Source of the DNA: a virus
Lineage: Duplodnaviria > Heunggongvirae > Uroviricota > Caudoviricetes
Reading direction: 5' to 3' (one strand)
Virus record (IMG/VR): IMGVR_UViG_2700989509_000025
Span: 1 to 19,341 of that record
Length of the DNA: 19,341 nucleotides
Part shown: positions 1 to 6,824 of the stretch, piece by piece
Position numbering within the stretch: the stretch's first letter is position 1
Layout: each line of letters starts with the position of its first letter
Translations under genes and position numbers: made by a program
The notes under the pieces: generated by a model
What the model saw: the letters and a program-made list of their open reading frames with translations, nothing else
What the model was told of the DNA's origin: nothing
Databases searched by the model: none

Positions 1-1191
1 ATGGCGCAAAATCGCCGTTGCCAGACGGTCGGAAATAATCCCGCGGCGAGCCCATGAACTGAAATGGCTCGCCCTGTCCTGTGACGTCCAGGTGGCTGAG
101 CTGTCACGCCATTTCGAACCGTAATATCCGATACCCGGAATGTCCGGGTCTTCTTCCGGTTTGTTCGTCGGCACATTCACCCCGTTCTCATCCGTCATGA
201 ACGGTACGAAATGGATATTCTTTTCCGTTTTGTTTTTGTAGCTGCCGTACACCGTCTGGTACGTGGATTCGTTCTTCTGCTTCCAGAAATACGTCGTATC
301 TCCACATATCCAGGGAACACCGCCAGCAGAGCCACCGACGCACTGACCTGCCATATCCGCCAGGTCTGCACGGAATTTATCAACCAGCGCACCAAACTGT
401 GCTGCGTGATTTACCGGCGTACCGCCAAAATCAAATTCCCCCTGCATCCACACCACGGCAAACAGCACATTTTTCGGGTTCTTCTTCAGTGCTGCTTTTG
501 TTCGACCGATAAGGTCCTTATACAGCGGCTTGTCCACACCCCAGCGGGTTGAATTCTCCGAGGCACCACTCGCGTCACTGTATGTGCCATCAGCTCCGGT
601 GGTGAACGCTGAACCACCACGACAGCACGGAACCAGCAGAATGCCCGCATTCGCCGGTATAAACGGCAGCAGTTTTTTGGCGATATGCAGCCCCTGCCCC
701 ACGGTTCCGTACTGCCCCTTTGACAGGTCCGCTTTCGGATGGTTAAGGCGGCTCATGTCCTGCACATCATGCAGACAATGGTCCGCCGGAATGATGTCGT
801 TATATTTGCATGCTGCACCGCCCGGTGTCACCGTACTGCGGCGCGCCAGCTGCTTAATACGCAGGTCCGGACGGTCATATGTCTCCGGCAGCGGAAGGCC
901 TTCACCATATGCCATGCTGTTTGACTGCCCCGCCAGAACCACAACAAAGTAATACTCCGGGTCTCTGGTGGCGCTGATTACTGTGCCTTCTCCATCCGAC
1001 GGCTTCACCACAACAGGTGTGCTCACATCACCTTCTGCGACAATCGCCTGAATAAGTGCTGCGCCATCATCCGTATACGAAGAAAACGGCCCGCCGTATG
1101 GTTGCCATCCTTCACGAATTTTTTGAGCAAGTGCATCAGCAAGGTCTGACGGCGACACCGCCCTGACCACATCGTAGTGTTTAAATGCCAT
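1..1191 (-). CDS. NanS-p-like sialate O-acetylesterase (DUF1737-like N-terminus plus SGNH/SASA hydrolase domain); C-terminal end cut by window edge
   Basis: Manually translated open frame from ATG at 1189-1191 (SD GGAGGA just upstream) running to position 1 with no stop; absent from ORF track because no stop in window. Translation begins MAFKHYDVVRAVSPSDLADALAQKIREGWQPYGG and contains VVLAGQSNSM (GQSN block of SGNH hydrolases). Plus-strand ORFs 211..552 and 530..952 lie antisense to it. Confidence 0.7.
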   Translation of the reverse strand, partial: MAFKHYDVVRAVSPSDLADALAQKIREGWQPYGGPFSSYTDDGAALIQAIVAEGDVSTPVVVKPSDGEGTVISATRDPEYYFVVVLAGQSNSMAYGEGLPLPETYDRPDLRIKQLARRSTVTPGGAACKYNDIIPADHCLHDVQDMSRLNHPKADLSKGQYGTVGQGLHIAKKLLPFIPANAGILLVPCCRGGSAFTTGADGTYSDASGASENSTRWGVDKPLYKDLIGRTKAALKKNPKNVLFAVVWMQGEFDFGGTPVNHAAQFGALVDKFRADLADMAGQCVGGSAGGVPWICGDTTYFWKQKNESTYQTVYGSYKNKTEKNIHFVPFMTDENGVNVPTNKPEEDPDIPGIGYYGSKWRDSSATWTSQDRASHFSSWARRGIISDRLATAILRH

Positions 1192-1378
1192 GAATCCTCC
1201 CGGCCGGGATAATGTTGTGAGTCAGATAAGGGGCGGGCTGAAGTCCGGAAGTTACAGGACAATGACAGAAGGAAGACTACAGCCCGCAATACGAAAAAGG
1301 CCGCGCAGTTGCGCAGCCTTATAAACCCTGGTTAAAATCCACACGATAAAAATGACAATGCAAGTATCTCATGCTGTT

Positions 1379-1403
1379 GCCCGAACCTACTCGGGCTTTT
1401 TTT
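1379..1403 (+). terminator. Intrinsic terminator-like hairpin (plus orientation)
   Basis: GCCCGA-acctac-TCGGGC stem-loop followed by TTTTTTT. Confidence 0.5.
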
Positions 1404-1408
1404 GCATG

Positions 1409-1434
1409 TAAAAAGGCTCCTGCGATGAGGAGCC
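1409..1434 (-). terminator. Intrinsic terminator-like hairpin (minus orientation) downstream of the tRNA cluster
   Basis: On minus strand GGCTCCT-catcgc-AGGAGCC followed by TTTTT; sits back to back with the plus-strand hairpin at 1379..1403. Confidence 0.5.
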
Positions 1435-1721
1435 TGGATATATGCCTAATCTCTGTATACAGCATGATGCCGGGTGCCTCCCGGTGAATTCTGCAATGAC
1501 CAGACAGAATCCGCAACTTGCCTATACAATACGCAACCAAACATCTGTCATTATGCCCCGCCGCCCAGGGGGATTCATCATGCAGGATTTTTTTAACAAA
1601 CGCTCAGCATGTCAGGCAACAGTCAACTACCTGAATTGTGAGGCATTTAACATTTCACTGTCCGGTGTCTTTCCTGTAATAAAAAGCCCGCAAAAGAGAG
1701 TCAGGGCAGATAAGTGTGGTG

Positions 1722-1798
1722 TGGCGCGTTGTACTGGATTCGAACCAGTGACCGATTGCTTAGAAGGCAATTGCTCTGTCCGGCTGAGCTAACAACGC
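1722..1798 (-). tRNA. tRNA-Arg (anticodon UCU)
   Basis: Minus-strand read GCGTTGT-TA-GCTC..GAGC-A-ATTGC-CTTCTAA-GCAAT-CGGTC-ACTGG-TTCGAAT-CCAGT-ACAACGC-G-CCA; perfect 7-bp acceptor stem, T-loop TTCGAAT, encoded CCA, anticodon loop CTTCTAA. Confidence 0.8.
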
Positions 1799-1811
1799 AT
1801 GATGCTGATAA

Positions 1812-1888
1812 TGGACTGCCATCGGGGACTTGAACCCCGCACAGCCAGCTTCGAAGGCTGGCGCTCTGTCCCGATGAGCTAATGGCGG
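1812..1888 (-). tRNA. tRNA-Arg (anticodon UCG)
   Basis: Minus-strand read CCGCCAT-TA-GCTC..GAGC-G-CCAGC-CTTCGAA-GCTGG-CTGTG-CGGGG-TTCAAGT-CCCCG-ATGGCAG-T-CCA; cloverleaf fits with one C-A mismatch at acceptor pair 2:71, so boundaries need tRNAscan confirmation. Confidence 0.65.
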
Positions 1889-1897
1889 TATGTGATA

Positions 1898-1973
1898 TGG
1901 TGGCCCTTGCTGGATTTGAACCAGCGACCTGGCGATTATGAGTCGCTCGCTCTCACCACTGAGCTAAAGGGCC
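1898..1973 (-). tRNA. ileZ: tRNA-Ile2 type (anticodon CAU; software will call Met-CAT), ileZ-like phage tRNA
   Basis: Minus-strand read GGCCCTTTAGCTCAGTGGTGAGAGCGAGCGACTCATAATCGCCAGGTCGCTGGTTCAAATCCAGCAAGGGCCACCA; closely resembles recalled E. coli ileX/ileZ-type tRNA; anticodon loop CTCATAA. Confidence 0.8.
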
Positions 1974-2011
1974 GGGAGCAGAATAATAACGGTCCGTAAT
2001 TAATTCCGCAA

Positions 2012-2036
2012 TAAAAAACCCGCTCAATGGCGGGTT
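2012..2036 (-). terminator. Intrinsic terminator between ORF6N gene and tRNA cluster
   Basis: On minus strand ACCCGC-cattga-GCGGGT followed by TTTTTT (plus strand shows A-run 2013..2018 before hairpin). Confidence 0.55.
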
Positions 2037-2131
2037 CTGGTAAAGTTCATGCGCTTGGTTCGCCTCGCGATACAGCTTTGCGAAGCGTACCGGGATTGAA
2101 GCAGTTTATGGCTAAAATTGCAAGAACTTTT

Positions 2132-2743
2132 TTAAAGCTGCATCAGCCTTTCCACCAGTTTATCTCTGCGAACAACAAACCAACCATTGGCTCTCGCCAG
2201 TTCCAGCCATGACTCAAGGGAAATAACAATATCATCATCCCGCAACTGAATTGTGGAAACAGTGACACCGCCTCGCTGATAACAGAGAACTCGCGTGTCG
2301 TAACTTTTCTGGCATGAAACTGGCGCTGACGGATCCTTTTGTCTGAAATAGCAGTCTTCCAGTCTTTCGAACACATCCCACGCCTGATCGGTTTCGAGCA
2401 TTTTGGCATGACGGGCTGCTCCGCGTTCTGTCCAGAGTATGAGGGAGCGGGCTTTCGGGGAAATTTGTAACCCTCTTAAAGATGGTTGCAAATTTTGTGA
2501 GTTACTTAAAGTAACCCGCAAATTTTGTGAGTAGTTTAAAGCTACCCGCAATTCTTTAAGGTCATTACCAACAACTTTGAAAAAGTGTTTCCCTTCAACG
2601 AAGCGTACTTTGTTCTCATGATGATTCTGGCGAATACGCACCGGCTCAGTGCCGTAAAGCTGCGCCAAAAGTTCGGTGGTAATAACAGGAATCTGGTTAT
2701 GGGTGATCGGGGAGAGAGTTTCAACAGAAATTTGAGTTGTCAT
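2132..2743 (-). CDS. ORF6N-domain protein (antirepressor/Roi/Bro-N-like N-terminal DNA-binding domain) with uncharacterised C-terminal domain
   Basis: 203-aa ORF; SD GAGGG about 7 nt upstream of ATG at 2743; N-terminal sequence (KVRFVEGKHFFKVVGNDLKEL ... ISPKARSLILWTERGAARHAKMLETDQAWDVFERLEDCYF) resembles recalled ORF6N-type domains; first gene after the PR'-like promoter and leader terminator. Confidence 0.6.
   Translation of the reverse strand: MTTQISVETLSPITHNQIPVITTELLAQLYGTEPVRIRQNHHENKVRFVEGKHFFKVVGNDLKELRVALNYSQNLRVTLSNSQNLQPSLRGLQISPKARSLILWTERGAARHAKMLETDQAWDVFERLEDCYFRQKDPSAPVSCQKSYDTRVLCYQRGGVTVSTIQLRDDDIVISLESWLELARANGWFVVRRDKLVERLMQL
2461..2560. repeat. Tandem ~30-bp direct repeats (3 full copies plus partial) inside the ORF6N gene, each with a near-palindromic TTTAAAG core
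   Basis: aaatttgtaaccctcttaaagatggttgc / aaattttgtgagttacttaaagtaacccgc / aaattttgtgagtagtttaaagctacccgc / aattctttaag...; translated on minus strand as 10-aa repeats LRVALNYSQN / LRVTLSNSQN / LQPSLRGLQI. Confidence 0.75.
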
Positions 2744-2902
2744 AATGACGCCCTCTGGTGGTTTCTTAATAACTCACCACCGACGACGCCAATCGTCTGG
2801 TGGTGAACTGTGCAGGGTTGGCGTAACCGGGAAACCGACCGGCGCGGATCTCTCCGCCCCCACACAGCCCACCATAATTCAGATGTGCGCGTGCATACGA
2901 CA

Positions 2903-2926
2903 ATAAAAAACACGCTCGCGGCGTGT
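2903..2926 (-). terminator. tR'-like intrinsic terminator of a short late leader transcript
   Basis: On minus strand ACACGC-cgcga-GCGTGT followed by TTTTTTATTG; about 55-75 nt downstream of the PR'-like promoter. Confidence 0.6.
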
Positions 2927-2987
2927 ATCTGTCGCGGTCTCTATCCAGGACGCCAATCCCGACGCCAGATTTTGCTGGCGCGTGAGG

Positions 2988-3017
2988 AATATAGCCCCGG
3001 ATAACAGATTGAGTCAA
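2988..3017 (-). promoter_or_regulatory. PR'-like late promoter (probable site of Q engagement)
   Basis: Minus strand TTGACT (3012..3017) - 18 nt - TATATT (2988..2993); the -35 overlaps the stop codon of the Q-like gene. Confidence 0.6.
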
Positions 3018-3568
3018 CAGACGGTTTTTAGATCCCCGGAAGAGAATGCATCACGCATCGGCAGATAGAGCATAAACTCTGCCATTTTCAACCACGCATC
3101 TATGCGATTACGGCACGTGGCGTAACACCACTCAGGGTGTGAATCATTCAGCAATTCAGCCATTTTTCGCTTAGTCATCCCCCGCCCTTCATATCGTTGC
3201 CGGAGGATACAAATCAATCCTGGGTGTTCTGCCAGCACTTCACTAATCACCCGATCAATGCATAACGCCTCTGCATCAGTACAATGCACCAGCCAGCTTT
3301 TTTGCTTGCCGTTGATCATATCCCGCAAAAAAGCCTCAAGTTCAGGTTTGTCCAGACCTGCTTTTTTCATCCTCCGGAGCGCCTCGTTAATTGCCGTTTT
3401 TGTCAGCTTTTTAGAGGTCAGCAACTGGTTGAACATATTTCCCGTCTTACCGCCGCCAATATACGACCAGCGCCCCCACATGCGCAGTTTTCCCTGAATC
3501 CAGACACTTTCCAGCGTGGTGAGACGAAGGTGTTCCCCGCTTTTGCCTGTATTTGTTGGGTAAATCAT
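3014..3568 (-). CDS. Q-type late antitermination protein (assignment from position and sequence character)
   Basis: ORF track gives 3014..3688; preferred start is internal ATG at 3568 (MIYPTNTGKSGEH...) with SD GGAAGG and ATGA overlap with the upstream gene stop. Lies between nin-region genes and a strong promoter plus short terminator; C-terminal MTKRKMAELL...RNRIDAWL looks like a sigma region-4-like HTH. Confidence 0.6.
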   Translation of the reverse strand: MIYPTNTGKSGEHLRLTTLESVWIQGKLRMWGRWSYIGGGKTGNMFNQLLTSKKLTKTAINEALRRMKKAGLDKPELEAFLRDMINGKQKSWLVHCTDAEALCIDRVISEVLAEHPGLICILRQRYEGRGMTKRKMAELLNDSHPEWCYATCRNRIDAWLKMAEFMLYLPMRDAFSSGDLKTVC

Positions 3569-3855
3569 AAATAACCTTCCTTTCTCCAGATTTCTTGTGT
3601 GCGAAAAACACCTTCTGCATGCATCAGGCGTAATTCTTCTTTGGTGTAATCGCTGGTTTTTACCCGCCCGTCGATTAAATCGTGGCATGAGCTACAGGCA
3701 ATCGCTGCCTGCATATCGTGTGGTTTTGTCGCTGTTCCGCACGTCCCCGCCAGCCTGTAATGCGCCAGCACAGAAGTTTCGGGATTGTGATTGCAGTAGC
3801 CAGGAATTCTGACGGTGCACATCTGCCCCCGCGCCGCTTTACGTAAATCCACCAT
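3565..3855 (-). CDS. YbcO-like (DUF1364) Cys/His-rich putative nuclease of the nin region
   Basis: 96-aa ORF MVDLRKAARGQMCTVRIPGYCNHNPETSVLAHYRL...ACSSCHDLIDGR; resembles recalled DLP12 YbcO; stop overlaps Q start (ATGA). Confidence 0.6.
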   Translation of the reverse strand: MVDLRKAARGQMCTVRIPGYCNHNPETSVLAHYRLAGTCGTATKPHDMQAAIACSSCHDLIDGRVKTSDYTKEELRLMHAEGVFRTQEIWRKEGYL

Positions 3856-4454
3856 TACGCAAACTCCAGTAACTGCGCGGCCACATTTTCGACTTCCTCC
3901 GGAGAGGAAAATTTACGGAACAGGATCCAGTTCCACAGCACATTCAGTACAGATTTATAAACCTGCTGAAACACGGTTTCGTCCATGTTCGCAAATGCGA
4001 TAGATTTTGCCCTGCGCCCACGACTACCATCAGGATAAATATGCTCGGTGTAAAATCCGGCCTGAATGGTTACCCATTCGCGAAAAGCGTCAAAGGACTT
4101 GAGTAAGGCCGTATCCCGGGTTCTGCAAGTCGTAACGGTGTTAAGGTATTGCTCTGCGGCATCACTCAGGGCTGGCGTATGTTCCCGACCTACTGATTCG
4201 CACAGGAAATCAACGAAACCGGACACCAGTTCTCGTTCGCGAGGCGTGATCGCCCCACCGTTCGGAGTCCAGTAATCGAATCCCAGTTGCAGGAGTTTGA
4301 AAAAACGCTTGTGGAATGCGTAGTTACGCACACGCTTAAAGTCTGCGTGTATCCACTCACCGATTTTGATTTGATGCAAAAAATCGCAACTCTCCGGCGT
4401 CGCCGGGAGAAGTAATCCGGAAGAGGTTTGTTTGACCAGTTGTATATGCGCCAT
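3855..4454 (-). CDS. nin-region phage protein of unknown function (possibly DUF1367-type)
   Basis: 199-aa ORF with SD GGAGAA 6 nt upstream of ATG at 4454; stop overlaps next start (TAATG). Family name from recollection only. Confidence 0.55.
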   Translation of the reverse strand: MAHIQLVKQTSSGLLLPATPESCDFLHQIKIGEWIHADFKRVRNYAFHKRFFKLLQLGFDYWTPNGGAITPRERELVSGFVDFLCESVGREHTPALSDAAEQYLNTVTTCRTRDTALLKSFDAFREWVTIQAGFYTEHIYPDGSRGRRAKSIAFANMDETVFQQVYKSVLNVLWNWILFRKFSSPEEVENVAAQLLEFA

Positions 4455-4525
4455 CGTAGTTCTCCGCTGGCGCAGTAGAATGGGTGTTCAGCCCGTTATG
4501 TAGTATACCAGAATTAATGCCAATA

Positions 4526-4777
4526 CTAACAGGATGCTCTGACTCGCAATTCATCCAGCAGTTTATCATTTCCCATAATGTCACTTACCCTCATCGGTAA
4601 AAAAATTGCCTTTCGACCATTACGATACATCATTGATTTTGGGGTTTCAGGGAAGTAATCCATTTCGACTATAACTGACAGGTCATCACGACGTATGACT
4701 GCGTATTTGCAACTAAATAGTTTCTTTATTTTTTCCACGATGCCTCCGAGTTTATAAGTACAAACGGTTATATCCAC
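4526..4777 (-). CDS. Hypothetical small protein (start uncertain)
   Basis: 83-aa ORF in AT-rich spacer; codon at 4777 is GTG with no clear SD; internal ATGs also lack SD. Confidence 0.25.
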   Translation of the reverse strand: MDITVCTYKLGGIVEKIKKLFSCKYAVIRRDDLSVIVEMDYFPETPKSMMYRNGRKAIFLPMRVSDIMGNDKLLDELRVRASC

Positions 4778-4920
4778 ATAGAGACAAAAATATTAATCTG
4801 AAAAATATTTATTTCACGCCGTATATTTGATTATTTAATGTGCAGGTACAATGACTTTTATTTTTTGTTGTGTATATAATCAAATATATGGTTATTTTTC
4901 ACCCTGCGCATTCAGCGCGC

Positions 4921-4946
4921 AACAAAAAACCCGCCGAAGCGGGTTT
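4921..4946 (-). terminator. Intrinsic terminator downstream of hok
   Basis: On minus strand AAACCCGC-ttcg-GCGGGTTT followed by TTTTTTGTTG. Confidence 0.6.
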
Positions 4947-5013
4947 AGTGCGGGTGCGTTAAGGATGCCTGACACATGAGAGGTGGCGAGGGATTTCTCC
5001 CCCGCCTGGTCTC

Positions 5014-5169
5014 TTACTCCTCAGGTTCGTAAGCTGTGAAGACAGCGACCTCCGTCTGGCCGGTTCGGATTCGTACCTCGCAGAGGTCTTTCCTCGTTAC
5101 CAGTGCCGTCACTATGACGGTTAAACAGATGACGATCAGGGCGATTAACATCGCCTTTTGCTGCTTCAT
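5014..5169 (-). CDS. hokD: Hok/Gef-family type I toxin (HokD/RelF-like small membrane peptide)
   Basis: 51-aa product MKQQKAMLIALIVICLTVIVTALVTRKDLCEVRIRTGQTEVAVFTAYEPEE matches recalled HokD; SD AAGGAG 9 nt upstream of ATG at 5169. ORF track extends in frame to 5226 (19 extra codons). Confidence 0.8.
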   Translation of the reverse strand: MKQQKAMLIALIVICLTVIVTALVTRKDLCEVRIRTGQTEVAVFTAYEPEE

Positions 5170-5345
5170 AGCCTGCTTCTCCTTGCCTTTCGGCACGTAA
5201 GAGGCTAACCTACGTGTGTAGAGCATAGATATGGCCTCAGATTAATGTTAAGCGTCTTGCCGGACGCGTAATGTTAACTGGGGCTTTTCTCTATCTGCCT
5301 TTTGGTGTTCATGCCTGAGGCAGATAGCCTCAAGCACCCGCAGCA

Positions 5346-5374
5346 ATTCTAACTATCCAATAGATCAATGCCAA
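5346..5374 (-). promoter_or_regulatory. Candidate sigma70 promoter for hok mRNA
   Basis: Minus strand TTGGCA (5369..5374) - 17 nt - TAGAAT (5346..5351); would give a ~170-nt structured leader containing a 9-bp inverted repeat (CTATCTGCC...GGCAGATAG). Confidence 0.4.
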
Positions 5375-5726
5375 CTTCTTTTCCTGCAACATCTCTCATC
5401 ATAAGTGACCCAAATTCATCCAATCAGCACAAAAGAAACATTTAAAGCGTGAATGCTACCGAACGTTCATTTCAATTACATCGTTTTGATTTTTAACAGT
5501 TTTCACCTCAACAAATCAAATGGCATTAGCATTCATCATGGAAGAAAGACTGATAAAAATGATCATTTTCAATGACTTATGATCACACCGGGTATTGCCA
5601 AGTCATTCCTTTTACGCCAGGATACCCACAAGTGAGTAGTCGAGGAGAGTTTGCCAATTTTTGCGATATAAATTTCAATGCCCGAAGAACCATTAATTGT
5701 TAATTGATTCTGTATAAGGTATTAAC

Positions 5727-6824
5727 ATGACAATTTCATATATTCCTATTCTGAAAGCGAAACGTTCTGAGTTATCAGCTTTATCGCAGCTATCCATTGA
5801 AAAGAAATCAAAAATTTTGCCATTACTCGAAATTGAACCAGTGCCAATTGACCCTGATTCAGGTATTGCCTTAAAGAGTTATAACGAGACTCTTATAGAG
5901 TTCGGAAAGAAAGTCTCAAAATCTTGCTCAGATATGCAAGGTGTTTATATTGATGGATTATTAATTGAAGAGCATTTTATTTCTCCTGAAGATCATTACC
6001 CTATAATAAATGCGGTTAATCAAGTTAGAGATATGGGGATAAGAGTTATTCCTGTCAGTTCACCAACTCGCCCATCTAACTATAAAAGAGCGATTGATGA
6101 ATTAATGCAGAATGAAATATGCTTGAGATTAACCACGTTAGATCTGGTTAACCCACAATTAATAACGCATTACATTAATCATCTGGGAATTCCTTTATCA
6201 AATATTGATATAATTATTGACTTAAGAGATGAGTTAACCGAGGATAAAATTAATTCCGGCGAACTATATACTTTGGCAATGGGATTGATAAACAATCTGG
6301 CGCACCTCAATGAATACAGAAAAGTGATTCTTTCTGGGGGTTCATTTCCTACAGATCTCAGTGATATTTCTGTTGGTCTATATTCTCAACCTCGAATCGA
6401 GTGGATTTTATGGCAGAGTTTAATGAATAGAAAAGAACTTGCCAGAAATGTGATTTATAGTGATTATGGAGTACAGCACCCCGACTTTAATAGGCTTTCG
6501 ACGCGATTCCCTAGCGTATCTGCCAGCGTCAGATACTCTGGAGATAATGACTTTTGGGTATTTCGAGGAAGAGTAGCTAATCGCTTTGGTTATGAACAAT
6601 ATGGTAAACATAGTGAGGATATTCTTGCTCATCGAGAATATTCAGGGCCTACATTCTGTGCGGGAGATAGAGACATAGAATATTATGCAAACGAGTATCA
6701 AGCCTACAAAGCCAATCCCTCTGGTAACTATAAATTTGGTAGCCCAGAGGTATGGCGTAGGATTGGGCAAAACCATCACATAACTAAGGTTGTTGAGCAA
6801 CTCGCCACTCTTTACGGGCTTTAA
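5727..6824 (+). CDS. Beta-family-like protein (P4 Beta / sce7725-type, by recollection); candidate defense component
   Basis: 365-aa ORF in markedly AT-rich DNA; N-terminus MTISYIPILKAKRSELSAL; SD AAGG about 8 nt upstream; 3' end overlaps the convergent gene by 41 bp. Confidence 0.6.
   Translation: MTISYIPILKAKRSELSALSQLSIEKKSKILPLLEIEPVPIDPDSGIALKSYNETLIEFGKKVSKSCSDMQGVYIDGLLIEEHFISPEDHYPIINAVNQVRDMGIRVIPVSSPTRPSNYKRAIDELMQNEICLRLTTLDLVNPQLITHYINHLGIPLSNIDIIIDLRDELTEDKINSGELYTLAMGLINNLAHLNEYRKVILSGGSFPTDLSDISVGLYSQPRIEWILWQSLMNRKELARNVIYSDYGVQHPDFNRLSTRFPSVSASVRYSGDNDFWVFRGRVANRFGYEQYGKHSEDILAHREYSGPTFCAGDRDIEYYANEYQAYKANPSGNYKFGSPEVWRRIGQNHHITKVVEQLATLYGL

Noticed and set aside
211-952. 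Plus-strand ORFs 211..552, 530..952 and 739..924
   Set aside because: They lie antisense to the long esterase frame, are Cys/Arg-rich with no RBS; treated as shadow ORFs.
1023-1289. Minus ORF 1023..1289 (88 aa)
   Set aside because: Out of frame with the esterase gene that starts at 1191 with a strong SD, and spans its start region; likely artefact.
1319-1792. ORFs 1319..1540 (-) and 1442..1792 (+)
   Set aside because: They overlap the terminator hairpins and a tRNA gene; composition not protein-like.
2766-3017. Minus ORF 2766..3017 (83 aa) and plus ORF 2810..3004
   Set aside because: They cover the PR'-like promoter, leader and terminator; Gly/Arg-rich translations with no RBS.
3569-3688. 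Longer start (3688) for the Q-like gene
   Set aside because: The extension would overlap the YbcO-like gene by 120 nt; internal ATG at 3568 has a proper SD and ATGA coupling.
5170-5226. In-frame N-terminal extension of hok (MLYTRRLASYVPKGKEKQA)
   Set aside because: Canonical Hok peptides are about 50 aa and the internal ATG has a strong SD; the extension may still act as a mok-like coupling frame, so it is noted in findings, not annotated.
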